Source: an uncultured delta proteobacterium (lineage in GTDB: Bacteria > Desulfobacterota > Binatia > JACPRU01). From it: a stretch of 64,000 nt of DNA. The translations under genes were made by a program, and so were the position numbers. Positions 11,608 through 22,721 of this stretch are shown piece after piece. The stretch is from positions 772 through 64,771 of the forward strand of contig CAWBOU010000001.1 in NCBI GenBank assembly GCA_963790365.1. The letters run 5' to 3'. The notes beneath the pieces are model-generated. The model did no database searches, was not told where the DNA came from, and worked only from the letters and a program-made list of their open reading frames with translations. How positions within the stretch are numbered: position 1 is the first letter of the stretch; each line of letters starts with the position of its first letter.

Positions 11608-13446
11608 CTGCCGCTGAATTCCCTCATCTCCAGGATCGATTCCTTCCGTCGGCGGGTCCGCGCTTCGACGGCAGGCTCCGCGCAGCTCGCGCCTCGGGCC
11701 GGGGATCCCCTCGCCGAGCCCGAGCCCGAGCCGAGCCTGGGCGAGCGCGCCGCATCCGCCGCCGACATCGCCGAGGCGGCAGAATCGACCGACGAAGCGG
11801 CCCGGACGCCCGAGCAGGGCGAAAACGCACGCTACCGCGATCTCTTCGATCTCGCTCCCGAGGCCTACCTCGTCACGAACGGTCTCGGCGTCATTCGCGC
11901 CGCGAACGGCGCGGCCGCGGAGCTTCTCGGCGTCGAGCTCCATCAGCTGACCGGGAAATCGCTGATCGCGTTCGTCCCGGAGCGCGACCGCACGGATTTC
12001 CGCGGCCGACTCGACCACCTCCCGTCGGTCGGCATCGGGGAATGGGAAGCACGTCTCTGGCCACGCGGTCGCGCGCCGATCGAGGTCTCGCTCCGCGTCG
12101 CCGCCACGCAAAGCCCGACCGGGTATCGTGGCCGGCTCCGCTGGCTCATTCGCGACATGAGCGAGAGAAAGCGCCGCGAGGACGACGTTCGGCGCGAGAA
12201 CGTGGAGCTCGAGGCGCGCGTCCGCGAACGTACGGCCGAGCTCGAGCGCGCGAACGAGATGAAGACACAGCTCCTCGCCCGCGAGCGCGAGGCCCGCGAT
12301 TTCGCCGAGCGACTGCTCGCGAAAGCGCGGGAGAACGACCGCCAGAAAGACGAATACATCGCGATGCTCGCGCACGAGCTGCGCAACCCGCTCGCACCGA
12401 TCGTCAACGCGCTCCGCACCATCGAGACCTGCGGCGAAGCGACGCCGACGGTCGATCGCAATCGCGTGATCGCGGAACGGCAGGTCCAACACCTCGTGCG
12501 AATGGTGGACGACCTGCTCGACCTCTCGCGCGTGCAGCGCGGGCTCGTGTCACTCGAGAACCGCCCGATCGATCTCGGCCACGCGGTCACGCGGGCGGCG
12601 GACGCGGAGCGCGCCGCGGCCAACGAGCGCGGGCATCAGCTCACGGTCGAGCTGTCCCCCGAGCCGCTGTGGATCCAGGGTGACTCGACGCGCGTCGAGC
12701 AGATCTTCGTGAACCTGGTGAACAACGCGATCAAATACACGCCCGCGGGCGGCCGCATCGCTCTCAGCGTCACACGCGAGGGCGCCGAAGCGGTCGCGCA
12801 CGTCCGCGATGACGGCATGGGGATCTCGCTCGAGCTGTTACCGCACGTCTTCGAGCCCTTCACCCAGGCCCAGCAAACGCTCGCGCGGTCGCAGGGCGGT
12901 CTCGGTCTCGGCCTCGCGCTCGTCCGCCGGCTCGTCGGCATGCACGGCGGCAGCGTGCGAGCGACCTCCGAGGGTGAGGACCGCGGCACCGAGTTCATCG
13001 TTCGCTTCCCGCTGAGCGCGGCTCCCGCGGAGGAGGCGATCGAGGCGGCGCCCGACGCCGTGCCCGACGCCGACAAGGCGCTGCGCGTGCTCGTCGTCGA
13101 CGACAACCACGACGCCGCGAACAGCCTCGCCGAGATCCTCCAGTTGTGGGGGTACGACACGTCCGTCGCGTACGATGGTCCGTCCGCGCTCGAGCAGGCA
13201 CGTCGCCGACGTCCCGAGGCCGTGCTCCTGGACATCGGCTTGCCCGGCATGGACGGGTTCGAAGTCTCGCGCCGCATGCGCGAGATCTCCGGCATGGAGC
13301 GGAGCTTCGTCGTCGCCGTCAGCGGCTACGGGCGCGATCAAGACCGCGCGGCGGCGAAAGACGCCGGCTTCGATCGCCACCTGACGAAACCGGTCGACCC
13401 GCAAGCGATCCATCGCCTCCTGTCCGAGCAGACTCACGCCGCGTGA
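11608..13446 (+). CDS. PAS-domain hybrid sensor histidine kinase/response regulator
   Basis: PAS ([13 protein letters not shown]) in frame upstream of the 12157 ATG; [39 protein letters not shown]; start uncertain (CTG after GGAGG). Confidence 0.9.
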   Translation: MPLNSLISRIDSFRRRVRASTAGSAQLAPRAGDPLAEPEPEPSLGERAASAADIAEAAESTDEAARTPEQGENARYRDLFDLAPEAYLVTNGLGVIRAANGAAAELLGVELHQLTGKSLIAFVPERDRTDFRGRLDHLPSVGIGEWEARLWPRGRAPIEVSLRVAATQSPTGYRGRLRWLIRDMSERKRREDDVRRENVELEARVRERTAELERANEMKTQLLAREREARDFAERLLAKARENDRQKDEYIAMLAHELRNPLAPIVNALRTIETCGEATPTVDRNRVIAERQVQHLVRMVDDLLDLSRVQRGLVSLENRPIDLGHAVTRAADAERAAANERGHQLTVELSPEPLWIQGDSTRVEQIFVNLVNNAIKYTPAGGRIALSVTREGAEAVAHVRDDGMGISLELLPHVFEPFTQAQQTLARSQGGLGLGLALVRRLVGMHGGSVRATSEGEDRGTEFIVRFPLSAAPAEEAIEAAPDAVPDADKALRVLVVDDNHDAANSLAEILQLWGYDTSVAYDGPSALEQARRRRPEAVLLDIGLPGMDGFEVSRRMREISGMERSFVVAVSGYGRDQDRAAAKDAGFDRHLTKPVDPQAIHRLLSEQTHAA

Positions 13447-13531
13447 CCGATTTCGGGCGGGAATCGGTGAACGCGACGCCCTGACCCACGGACCGGCGCC
13501 ACCGGTGCCACTTCGGCGGGTTGGGACCGTC

Positions 13532-15067
13532 GTGGCCGACGGCCCGACGAAACCGCTCTGGCGGCTCGATACCCCCCCGGGCGTGCATCCGCCGCTCGAC
13601 GAGGAACGCTCGGCCGACGTCTGCGTCGTCGGCGCCGGAATCGCCGGGCTGACGACGGCGTACCACCTCGTCCGCTCGGGCTCGAACGTTCTCGTCGTCG
13701 ACGCCGGCACCGTCGGCGCCGGCGAGACCGCACGAACGACCGCGCACCTGGTGACCGCGCTCGACCGGAAGCTCGCGGAGATCGAGCGCTTGCGCGGCGC
13801 AGACGGGCTGCGCCTGGCCGTCGAGAGCCATTCGCAGGCGATCGACGATATGGAGGCGATCGCCGCTCGGGAAGCGATCGATTGTGACTTCTCGCGGATC
13901 GACGGCTACCTCGTCGGCACGAGCGCCGAGGAGCTCGAGCCCGAAGCGGCCGCCGCGAAGAACGCCGGGCTCACCGGAGTCGAGAGCGTGCCCGCGTTCG
14001 AATTCGGTGGCATCCGCGGGCCCGCGCTGCGTTTTCCGCGCCAGGGCTCGTTCCATCCGCTCGCCTATCTCGACGGAGTCGCGCGTGCGATCGAGAGTCA
14101 GGGCGGAAGGATCTGCGGGTCGACGCGCGTGACGACGTTCGAGGTCGCCGGCGACCGTGTGCGGCTCGAGACCGCCGCCGGCCACCGGATCCACGCCGCG
14201 CACGTGGTGCTCGCGACGAACTCGCCGATCCACCGCTCGCCGACGATCCACACGAAGCAGGCGGCCTATCGCACGTACGCGATCGCCGCACGAATCGAGC
14301 GCGGCCAGCTCCCCGACGTGCTCGTCTGGGACACGCTGGATCCATTCCACTACGTGCGTACCGCGGGTGCCGCCGGTGGCGAGTTCCTCGTGGTCGGCGG
14401 GGAGGACCACAAGACCGGTCAGGACGATCGCGCGGATGCGCGCTTCGACCGCCTCGAGGAGTGGGCGCGCGATCGCTGGCCCGAGCTCCGCTGGGAGGTT
14501 CGCTGGTCCGGCCAGGTCATGGCGACGATCGACGGGCTCGCGCTCATCGGCCGCGATCCGACCGGCGGGAACGTCTGGGTCGCGACGGGCGACTCGGGAA
14601 ACGGCATGACGCACGGAACAATCGCCGGGCGTTTGCTCACCGACGAGATCAACGGGCGGCCGAATCCGTGGTCGAGCCTCTACGATCCCTCGCGCTTCCC
14701 GCTGCGCACGATCCCCGATTGGGCGACGGAGAACCTGAACGTCGCGGCGCAGCTCACCCGGTATCTCGCGCCGAGCGAGGCCGATCCGCCGGCCGGCTCC
14801 GGCGTGGTCGTGCGGCGCGGCCTTCGACCCGTCGCGTGCTATCGCGACGCCGACGGCGTGATTCACGAGCGCTCGGCGATCTGTCCTCATCTCGGCTGCG
14901 TCGTCGCCTGGAACGCCGCCGAATCGAGCTGGGATTGCCCCTGCCACGGCTCGCGGTTCGATCCTCAGGGGTGCGTGCTCACCGGCCCGGCCGCGAGCGA
15001 TCTCGCGCGTCTCGACGACGATGCCGTCGAGGGCGAGACGATTCCGGCCGCGAAAGTCGCCACATGA
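13532..15067 (+). CDS. FAD-dependent oxidoreductase with C-terminal Rieske domain (YhfW-like)
   Basis: [21 protein letters not shown]...[10 protein letters not shown]. Confidence 0.93.
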   Translation: MADGPTKPLWRLDTPPGVHPPLDEERSADVCVVGAGIAGLTTAYHLVRSGSNVLVVDAGTVGAGETARTTAHLVTALDRKLAEIERLRGADGLRLAVESHSQAIDDMEAIAAREAIDCDFSRIDGYLVGTSAEELEPEAAAAKNAGLTGVESVPAFEFGGIRGPALRFPRQGSFHPLAYLDGVARAIESQGGRICGSTRVTTFEVAGDRVRLETAAGHRIHAAHVVLATNSPIHRSPTIHTKQAAYRTYAIAARIERGQLPDVLVWDTLDPFHYVRTAGAAGGEFLVVGGEDHKTGQDDRADARFDRLEEWARDRWPELRWEVRWSGQVMATIDGLALIGRDPTGGNVWVATGDSGNGMTHGTIAGRLLTDEINGRPNPWSSLYDPSRFPLRTIPDWATENLNVAAQLTRYLAPSEADPPAGSGVVVRRGLRPVACYRDADGVIHERSAICPHLGCVVAWNAAESSWDCPCHGSRFDPQGCVLTGPAASDLARLDDDAVEGETIPAAKVAT

Positions 15068-15417
15068 TCCAACGCTTCATCGATTGGCTCTCCATCCGCT
15101 GGCAGGCCCGCAGCCGCGCCGCACGGCGACGCGCGCAGCGCCTCCGCGAAGGCCGCTCCCTCATCTAGACGGCATCCCCGGGAGGGGGCCCGGCCGAGTC
15201 CGCGAAACAGGCGATTTCGGGACTCGGCCGGGGTGGGGGGATTGGGAAGACGAGCAGACGGAAGTTTCGAACGGCGACTGGCTCTGCTCGCCTCGTTCCG
15301 AAGGGACAAACCTGATCGCCGCCGCGAGGTGTCGAAATCGTGCCGAAAAACTTCGCGCGATTTCGCAGGCGCGTCACGGAGCGGAACGCCGCGAGTTTGC
15401 TCCGAAAGGAGGCACAG

Positions 15418-15640
15418 ATGGCGAGATACGGCGCGAAAGCGAAGGAGAAGGTGGAGCGCGCGATGCACGAGCGGAAGCGCGGCAAGCTCCGCTCCGGGCG
15501 CTCCGGCAAGAAGGTGACGAGCCGCAAGCAAGCGATCGCGATCGGCCTCTCCGAAGCGCGGCGAGCGGGCGGCAAGGTGCCGAAGAAGCGCGGCACGGCG
15601 CGCAAAGGGCGGAAGCGCGCGGCGCGAAAAAAAGAAGTAG
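15418..15640 (+). CDS. Small basic DUF6496-like protein
   Basis: KVERAMHE.KRGKLRSGRSGKKVTSRKQAIAIGLSEARR; GGAGG RBS; probable stop TAG 15638-15640 if the A-run has one extra base. Confidence 0.8.
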
Positions 15641-15667
15641 CGCGATGGAGCGCCAACCCGCCTGAGA

Positions 15668-16648
15668 TCACGAGCTTCCGCCGCTCGCGTATTCGCGCAG
15701 CGGAGGCTCTTCGTCGGTTTTCCCTCCGTACGTGTTCTGACGAACGACGGCGAGCAGATAGATCTCGGCGCCGCGCAGCACCGACTCGACGGGATCGGCA
15801 TGCGGCATGACCAGCTGCAGGCAGGCGCTGCGGTCCGCGCGTGCCGGATTCAGCGGGCCGTCGTGGACGAGCGCGTCGAGCGCGAGGGCCCAGACCGCCG
15901 CGTCATAGGTCTGCTGCGCATGGTCCACCGGCCGGCCCGGGCAGAAGTTCTGGACGGCGATGCTGACGGCGCCCTCGAGCGCCGACGTGGAAACGGGAAG
16001 CGATGGCTGGATGATCGCGTCGGTATGACTATAGATGCTCGTGTACGACACCTCGCCCGGCGTCTCGTCTCCGCCGTTCAGCGCTTCCAGGAACCGCGAG
16101 CCGAACGCGCGCTGTTGCCACAGCGCCGGAAGACACGGAGCCGCGAGGCATGACACATCCGCGAACAGCGCTCCGTGGTTGGTCGTCGCGAGCATGATCA
16201 GATCGTCCACGCGCTCGCGGATGTCCGGCCACCAGCGGATCGCCCAGCGCGGCTGCAATCCGCCCTGGCTCACGCCGACGACGGATATCTTGCCGCCGGT
16301 TGCATCGGACATCGCGCGGATCGCGTGGACCACGTATTCGGACGAGCGCTGGAGGTCCACGAATGCGTAGTCGGGGAGCCGCACGGTGCAGGGCACGAAC
16401 CCGGAATGCGGCAGCGCGCGGATCCAGCTCCACCCCCAGTTCTCTTCCGGCGTGACCGACGTGCCGTGCACCAGCAGCACGGCAGGCGCGCCCGGAGTGA
16501 GCGGCGCCGAGCACGCGAGCGCCGCTTCCAGCTCGGACGCGGGCTCCAGCAGCGCCGGACCCACCAGCGGGAACAGCTGCCGCACCGCCCCGGATCCGCC
16601 GCAGGAAGCGGTGATCGCGAGAGCGACCGCGACGAGCGACCGCCTCAC
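15668..16648 (-). CDS. Secreted lipase (CalB-like), probable lipoprotein
   Basis: LLVHGT, SEYVVHAI, VGVSQGG nucleophile elbow, lipobox-like TASC. Confidence 0.8.
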   Translation of the reverse strand: MRRSLVAVALAITASCGGSGAVRQLFPLVGPALLEPASELEAALACSAPLTPGAPAVLLVHGTSVTPEENWGWSWIRALPHSGFVPCTVRLPDYAFVDLQRSSEYVVHAIRAMSDATGGKISVVGVSQGGLQPRWAIRWWPDIRERVDDLIMLATTNHGALFADVSCLAAPCLPALWQQRAFGSRFLEALNGGDETPGEVSYTSIYSHTDAIIQPSLPVSTSALEGAVSIAVQNFCPGRPVDHAQQTYDAAVWALALDALVHDGPLNPARADRSACLQLVMPHADPVESVLRGAEIYLLAVVRQNTYGGKTDEEPPLREYASGGSS

Positions 16649-17514
16649 GGCACGCGATCGAGGAACGCGTTGATCGCGGCGAGTGACTCCGGCTCGTCGA
16701 GCGTCGGCGCGTGGCCGACACCCGGGATCTCGACCACCTCAACGTCGGGCTTGAGCTCGCGCATCGCCGCGACGCCGTCGGCCGTGAGGATGTCGCTCTC
16801 CGTGCCGCGGAGCACCAGCACCGGAATCGCCGCCATCGTCGCGAACTGCGCTTTCGGATCCGGAGGCAGCACGCCGGGCTTCGGGGGCGCGAACGCGCGC
16901 GCGAGCGCGGGATCGTAGTCGAGCTCGACTCGCCCGTCCGGCAGCTCCCGCGCGGAGCGGCGCGCGAACCGGAGCCAATGCGCGTCGTCGGCGTGGCGAA
17001 GCATCACGCCGTAGTTCGCTTTCACGTCGTCGACGAGAGCCGCCCACGAGGGGAACGGCCCTGTCCGTCCGATGTACTGCACGATCCGCGCGAGGCCGGC
17101 GAGATTCACGACCGGCCCCGCATCGTTGAGAATCGCCGCGGCGACGCGCGACGGAGTGCGGGCCGCGGTCGTCCACGTGATCGCCGCGCCCATCGACGTT
17201 CCGAGGAAGATCGCGCGCGGCGCGGCGATCGCGTCGAGCACCGTTTCGACGTCCGCGGCGTAGGTGTCGAGCTCGTATCGCTCGGGTCGTGGATCGCGGT
17301 CCGAACGCCCGCGCCCGCGCACGTCGAGCGCGAGCACACGCCGGCCGCCAGCGGCGAGCCGAGGAGCGACGTCCTCGAAGTCGCGCGAGCTCCGCGTGAA
17401 CCCGTGCAAGCAGAGGACGGGTAGACGATTCGGACTTCCATCCGCCTCGTACTCTCGAACGAACAGCTGGAGCCCATCGCTCGACCGAACGAAACGTTCG
17501 CGAGTTATGCTCAC
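16645..17514 (-). CDS. Alpha/beta hydrolase
   Basis: CLHGFTR, GTSMG, GVGHAP. Confidence 0.92.
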   Translation of the reverse strand: MSITRERFVRSSDGLQLFVREYEADGSPNRLPVLCLHGFTRSSRDFEDVAPRLAAGGRRVLALDVRGRGRSDRDPRPERYELDTYAADVETVLDAIAAPRAIFLGTSMGAAITWTTAARTPSRVAAAILNDAGPVVNLAGLARIVQYIGRTGPFPSWAALVDDVKANYGVMLRHADDAHWLRFARRSARELPDGRVELDYDPALARAFAPPKPGVLPPDPKAQFATMAAIPVLVLRGTESDILTADGVAAMRELKPDVEVVEIPGVGHAPTLDEPESLAAINAFLDRVP

Positions 17515-17578
17515 TGGATCTCAACTCCCGTGCGGTCCCCGGCGACGATGATCTTTGACGCCTCTGACGCCGTCGCCA

Positions 17579-20011
17579 CTAAAACTCCCAACGGAACTGA
17601 CCGAAGAACTGCCGCGGCGGCTCCGCAGCGTTGATGAAGACGCCGGCGAAGAGATCCCCTTGCCGGATCGACGTCGCCTCGTTCGTGACGTTCTCGCCGA
17701 TCAGCCGGATCGACCAGCCTTGCTCGCGATTTGCGAAACCGAAATTCGTCCGCCAGCGAAAGAACGCCGGCTGCTTCTTGCGCGGATCCAGATCGACGTC
17801 GACGTAGTGAACGTCGGTGTATTCCATGGTGAAGCCGGCCATCCAGTCCACGCCTTCGAGCCAAGACGGCATCACACCGCCGATCCCCGGCAGCGAAGTC
17901 AGCGGCGTCCGCACGATCGGCGTCAGCGTCACGTTCCACTCCGGCGCGACGAAGAACGGGCGACCGGTCGCGTCGCAGCGCCGCTCCGAGTCGCCGTCCG
18001 TGTTCTCGCGGTCGGCCGGACACTCGTTCAGCGGAAAGTCGAGATACCTGGTGTCGTTCAAACCGACCGTGCCGATGACCATCAGCCAGCTCGTGAGGAA
18101 CGCGGTGAGATCCGCCTCCGCGCCCCGCGCACGCGCCTTCTCCGCGTTCACGACCGCGGTCACGCCGAGCCCGACCGTCGAGTCCTCGGGCAAGCGCGTC
18201 AGCACCTGAAAGTCTTCGACCTCCATCCAGTAGAGCGACAGGTTGAAGCGGGCGGCGCCGCCGAGGAGCGTCGTCTTCGCATCGACGCCCCACTCGGTCA
18301 CCACCTCGGGGTCGTAGTCGAGGTCGGCCGGAATCTCCGCAAGCGGGTCGTCTTCGTCACGGAAGGCGAACGCGTTGAAGCCGCCGCCTTTGAAGCCCCG
18401 CGCCCAGTGCGCGAAGAAGCTCCAGTCGTCGGTCGGCTTCCAGTTGAGCGCGACCTTCGGGATCACCTGGAGCTCGGTGAGCTCCTTGTGCGCGGTGAAC
18501 TCGCGGAGCCCGGCGGCGAGCATCAAGACCTGGTTCGTCGAGTTGAACACCTGGTTCCAGTCGGCCTCCTTCGTCTCGTGGCTCAAGCGCATGCCGTACT
18601 GGAGCATCCATTGCGGCGCGAAGTACCACTGCGCCTGCGCGAAGCCCGCGAACGTCGTGCCGCTCTGGTCGAAGAACTGCGTCTCGTCTTCGATGATCTC
18701 GGCATCACCGAGAGTCGGCAGCAGATCGCCGACGAGATCCGGAACCGGGATCCCGGCATCGAGCGCCGCGGCCGCCGTCAGCTCCAGGAATGGGACGTCG
18801 TTGAAGACGAACCGGAGGTCGCTGCCGTCGATCGAGCGCCGCTGGTAGAAGAAGCCGGCGAGGATGTCACTCGAGCCGAGCGACATCCCGAACAGCCGCT
18901 CGAGGCCGAAGAGGCCGGGAAGGTTCGGCGACAGCGCGCGCACCTCGATCGTCGTCGTCGGCGACTCGTCGCCGCCGAAACCGACGAGGGCGGGTGCCGG
19001 CGTGAAGTCGGTGTCGATCTCGAGCTGCTCCTCGTAGAGCGAGTGCGCGGCGAGAAGGTTCAGCCCCCAGCCGGCGAGGTCGTAGCTCCAATCCGCGTGG
19101 AAGGTGTGGAGCTTCGTCGTGCGGGAGTCGGGATTGTCCATCGAGGCGACGAAGTTGTCTCCGACGATATCGACGTTCGGATCGTAGCGGCGGAGCACCT
19201 GCTCGAAGGCTGGCGACACGTGGAAGAGCTCGGCGCCCGTGCCGCCGTCCTCCATGTCGGCGTGCTCGTAGGTGAGGACGAGATCCGAGCCGAGGAGATC
19301 GGGGAAGCCGAGCTTCGCGCGGATGGCCTTCCGGTCGCGGCCGCGGAAGTTCTCATTCGCGCCGTCCACGAACGACGTCGTGTTCTCGACGAACCCTTCT
19401 TGCTCGTCGAAGAGGCCCGCGAGCCGGAAGTTCACGAAGTCCTTCAGGATCGGGCCGCCGACAGCGGCCTCGACGCGGTGGCGATCGAACTCGCCGAGCT
19501 GGACGTCGGCATAGCCGGTGTACTCGTCGGTCGGCCCGCGCGTCACGACGTTGATGAGGCCGGCAGTGGTGTTCTTGCCGAACGTCGTCCCCTGCGGACC
19601 GCGCAGTACCTCCAATCGCTCCAAGTCGAACAACGCCGAGGCGAAGTAGCCGATCCGCGTGTAGAGGACGCCGTCGACTGCGAGCCCCGCGGGCGGCTCG
19701 AACGCTTTGTTGTTGTTGTTGAAGCTGAAGCCGCGGACGCGCGGCGAGGCGAAAAAGCCCGCGACCTCGACCTTCGCGTTCGGGGTGAAAAGAAGCGCCT
19801 CGCGGACGTCGGTCAGTCCCTGCTCGGCGAGAAACTCGGCGTCGATCACCGACATCGAGATCGGCACGTCCTCGATCGCCTGCTCGCGCTTTTGCGCTGT
19901 GACGATGATCTCCTCGACGAGGCGTGGGGTAGGCTCGGCCTTCTGCGCCGCGGAGATCGACGCACTCAGCGAGACGGCCGCGACCAACAGCCCGATCCGT
20001 CGCATTCTCAT
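17579..20011 (-). CDS. TonB-dependent receptor
   Basis: EEIIVTAQKRE, EVLRGPQGTTFGKNTTAG, C-terminal FRWEF. Confidence 0.95.
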   Translation of the reverse strand: MRMRRIGLLVAAVSLSASISAAQKAEPTPRLVEEIIVTAQKREQAIEDVPISMSVIDAEFLAEQGLTDVREALLFTPNAKVEVAGFFASPRVRGFSFNNNNKAFEPPAGLAVDGVLYTRIGYFASALFDLERLEVLRGPQGTTFGKNTTAGLINVVTRGPTDEYTGYADVQLGEFDRHRVEAAVGGPILKDFVNFRLAGLFDEQEGFVENTTSFVDGANENFRGRDRKAIRAKLGFPDLLGSDLVLTYEHADMEDGGTGAELFHVSPAFEQVLRRYDPNVDIVGDNFVASMDNPDSRTTKLHTFHADWSYDLAGWGLNLLAAHSLYEEQLEIDTDFTPAPALVGFGGDESPTTTIEVRALSPNLPGLFGLERLFGMSLGSSDILAGFFYQRRSIDGSDLRFVFNDVPFLELTAAAALDAGIPVPDLVGDLLPTLGDAEIIEDETQFFDQSGTTFAGFAQAQWYFAPQWMLQYGMRLSHETKEADWNQVFNSTNQVLMLAAGLREFTAHKELTELQVIPKVALNWKPTDDWSFFAHWARGFKGGGFNAFAFRDEDDPLAEIPADLDYDPEVVTEWGVDAKTTLLGGAARFNLSLYWMEVEDFQVLTRLPEDSTVGLGVTAVVNAEKARARGAEADLTAFLTSWLMVIGTVGLNDTRYLDFPLNECPADRENTDGDSERRCDATGRPFFVAPEWNVTLTPIVRTPLTSLPGIGGVMPSWLEGVDWMAGFTMEYTDVHYVDVDLDPRKKQPAFFRWRTNFGFANREQGWSIRLIGENVTNEATSIRQGDLFAGVFINAAEPPRQFFGQFRWEF

Positions 20012-20712
20012 TTCACGATCCTCACCGCGTAGTCGGCGTACTCGTTCGCGATCTCGTCGAGCCCGAGCGGCGCACCACGGAGCCACTTCGCCGCCTCGGC
20101 ATAGGCGCGGAGCGAGCCTCGCTCGCCGGTCTGATCCGGCGTCCGGAACCACCACGCGAGCCGCATGCCCATGCCGCCGATCGCCGACACGGCGAGCCCC
20201 GGGTTCGCGCAGTGGAAGACCCCGAGCGCGTTGCCGCGCTCGATGATGGCCGCAAGGAGCGCCACGGATTCCTGACGCATCGAAAGGATGCGATCGCGGT
20301 GCGCCGGCGCGAGCCCGTGGAGCTCGGTGCTGGCGACGATCGCCGCGTAGGGATACGCGCCGAGAATGGAGACGTGGGCGCGAATCGTCTCCCGAAGCTG
20401 GGATTCCGGGTCGGCGCCGGCGCCGAGGAGCGCGTCGCGCAGGCGCGCGGCGTACTGCTCATGCACCTGGAGGACGATGCGGAAGAGCAGGTCCTCCTTG
20501 GATTCGAAGTGCGAATAGAAGGACGCGCCCTTGATGCCGATCGCGGTCGCGAGATCGCGGACCGAGACGCCGTGGTAACCGCGCTCGGCGAACGCCAAGA
20601 CCGCCTCCTCGAGAAGGCGGCGGACCGCGGGCCGCGCCTGGTCGAGACCGGGCAAGAGCTCGACCCCGGCCGGCCGTCGCCGGCGAGGCGAACGACTGTT
20701 CGCTGCTTTCAT
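20008..20712 (-). CDS. TetR/AcrR transcriptional regulator
   Basis: FAERGYHGVSVRDLA...FYSHFESKEDLL. Confidence 0.95.
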   Translation of the reverse strand: MKAANSRSPRRRRPAGVELLPGLDQARPAVRRLLEEAVLAFAERGYHGVSVRDLATAIGIKGASFYSHFESKEDLLFRIVLQVHEQYAARLRDALLGAGADPESQLRETIRAHVSILGAYPYAAIVASTELHGLAPAHRDRILSMRQESVALLAAIIERGNALGVFHCANPGLAVSAIGGMGMRLAWWFRTPDQTGERGSLRAYAEAAKWLRGAPLGLDEIANEYADYAVRIVK

Positions 20713-20767
20713 GGAGATCTGCGGCTCTTCTAGTCATTTTGCCGCCAGATCGGTCAAGTCTTTTCGG

Positions 20768-22693
20768 CTAACGGTCGTTCGCGCCGACCGCCTTCATCGC
20801 CGCGGCCGAGATCTTCTGACGGAGCCGCGCCGCTCGCGCCCAGGGATCCTTCCGCAGGCGAGAGAGGCGCTTGCCGAGCGTCGCGACGTCGTACGCGTCC
20901 GAACGCACGCGGGTCGAGAGCTCGCGCCAATCGAGCGGCACGGACACCGGCGCGCGGCCTCGCGCGCGAGTCGAATAGGCGGCGACGGACGTGTTCGTGC
21001 GATTGTTCCGCAGATAGTCGATCAGGATCTTCCGCTCGCGGCCCCGCTTCTTCACCGCGGTGGTGTACCGCGCCGGCTGGTCGGCGCTGATCCGCTCCGC
21101 CACCGCGCGCGAGAACACGAAGCACTCGTCCCAACCGCGCTCCGGCCGAAGCGGCACCACGACGTGAAGACCGTCGCCCCCCGTCGTCTTGACGAAGCTC
21201 TCGAGACCGAGCGTCTCGAGCACCTCACGGACGAGCTTCGCGGCCTCGATCACCTGCGGCCACGGCACCTCCGGTCCTGGATCGAGATCGAAGACGACCC
21301 GGTCCGGCTCCTCGAGATGATCGATCGTCGAGTTCCACGTGTGGAGCTCGAGGACGTTCATCTGCACGAGGGAAACGAGCCCCGGGACGTCTTCCACGAC
21401 GAGATAGTCGCCGACCTTGTGCTTCTCGCGGATCTTCACGCGGCGAAGCGCCGGCGGCGCCCAGAGCTTCGAGTGCTTCATGAAGAAGCAATCCTCGGCG
21501 ACGCCCTCGGGGCAACGCACGAGCGTCAGCGGCCGGCCGAGGAGATGCGGGAGGATCCAGCGCGCGATCGACTCGTAGAAGCGCGCAAGCTCGAGCTTGG
21601 TGAGCCCGGCTTCGGGATAGAGCACGCGCTCCGGGTGCGTGATTTGGATGCCGGCTACGGACACCGCGGCGTCCTTCGGCTTCGCGCGCGTGAGTTCCCG
21701 CTTCGTGGACCGTTTCGGCATGGCGGGCTCCGTGACGGGCGCGACGGCGGCTTCGCGCGTGACTTCTTTCGGCCGCTTGTCCTGCCGTAGGCCCTGGAAC
21801 GAAGGATGGCGGATCTTGCCGTCGTCCGTCCATTCGCTGAAGGCGACTTCGGCGACGAGCTTGGGCTTCACCCAGTGCGCGTTCCGCCCGAGCACCCCCT
21901 TCGGCGGCGGCGAGAACGGCGACGTCTTCTGCGCGAAGGTCTCCAGCCGCCGGCGAAGCTCGCGCGACGACGCCTGCGTGAATCCCGTGCCGACCTTGCC
22001 GGCGAAGACGAGACGCCCGTCGTCGTACGTGCCGACCAGCAGCGCGCCGATGCCGACGCGCGAGCCTTCGGGATCGGTGAAGCCGCCGATCACGAGCTCC
22101 TGGCGCTTCACGCATTTCGTCTTCTGCCAGTCGAGCGTGCGGCCCGCGCGGTACGGCGAATCGCGAAGCTTCGAGACGATGCCCTCGAGCCCGATGCGAC
22201 ACGCCTGTCGGTGAAAGCGCTCCCCGTCACCGACGACATGGTCCGAGTAGTGGAGCATCGAGGCACCGCCGGCCTCGTCGAGGAGACGACGAAGCTCTGC
22301 CTTCCGCGCCTCCAGCGGCTCGGTGGAGAGATTGCGTCCGTCGCGGCGAAGGAGATCGAACGCGAAGTATCCGAGCGTCGCCCGCCCGGAGCCGCGCCCC
22401 CAGTTTTGTAGCGCCTGGAAGCTCGTGCGTCCGTCGGCGAGCACGGCCGCCACCTCGCCGTCGATGACCGCGCGCGCGAGCCCGAGGTCGCGAACCGCCG
22501 CCGCGACCTCGGGGAAGCGGTCCGTCCAATCGTTGCCGCGCCGGCTGAAGAGGCGCACGCGATGCCGCTCGACGACGCAGCCGATGCGATAGCCGTCGTA
22601 CTTGACCTCGTGGAGCCATCGGTCGCCAGCAGGCGGGCTCTTCACGAGCGTCGCGAGCTCCGCCTGATAGGGGGAGGCGTTCGACCGCTTCAC
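20768..22693 (-). CDS. ligD: DNA ligase D (ligase + polymerase domains)
   Basis: HEVKYDGYR, EGIVSK, RHPSF, ITHPERVLYP, VFDLDPG, KTTGGDGLH, IDYLRN. Confidence 0.93.
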   Translation of the reverse strand: MKRSNASPYQAELATLVKSPPAGDRWLHEVKYDGYRIGCVVERHRVRLFSRRGNDWTDRFPEVAAAVRDLGLARAVIDGEVAAVLADGRTSFQALQNWGRGSGRATLGYFAFDLLRRDGRNLSTEPLEARKAELRRLLDEAGGASMLHYSDHVVGDGERFHRQACRIGLEGIVSKLRDSPYRAGRTLDWQKTKCVKRQELVIGGFTDPEGSRVGIGALLVGTYDDGRLVFAGKVGTGFTQASSRELRRRLETFAQKTSPFSPPPKGVLGRNAHWVKPKLVAEVAFSEWTDDGKIRHPSFQGLRQDKRPKEVTREAAVAPVTEPAMPKRSTKRELTRAKPKDAAVSVAGIQITHPERVLYPEAGLTKLELARFYESIARWILPHLLGRPLTLVRCPEGVAEDCFFMKHSKLWAPPALRRVKIREKHKVGDYLVVEDVPGLVSLVQMNVLELHTWNSTIDHLEEPDRVVFDLDPGPEVPWPQVIEAAKLVREVLETLGLESFVKTTGGDGLHVVVPLRPERGWDECFVFSRAVAERISADQPARYTTAVKKRGRERKILIDYLRNNRTNTSVAAYSTRARGRAPVSVPLDWRELSTRVRSDAYDVATLGKRLSRLRKDPWARAARLRQKISAAAMKAVGANDR

Positions 22694-22721
22694 GAGGTGC
22701 GGCGTTCGAGGCGCCGGCCGC

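Noticed and set aside
15620-15640. A-run slippery site in the DUF6496-like gene
   Set aside because: One extra A in a homopolymer explains the read-through; most likely a sequencing error.
17555-20032. Long antisense ORFs (825 aa here, many others elsewhere)
   Set aside because: Shadow frames of real genes, expected in high-GC DNA; no recognisable motifs.
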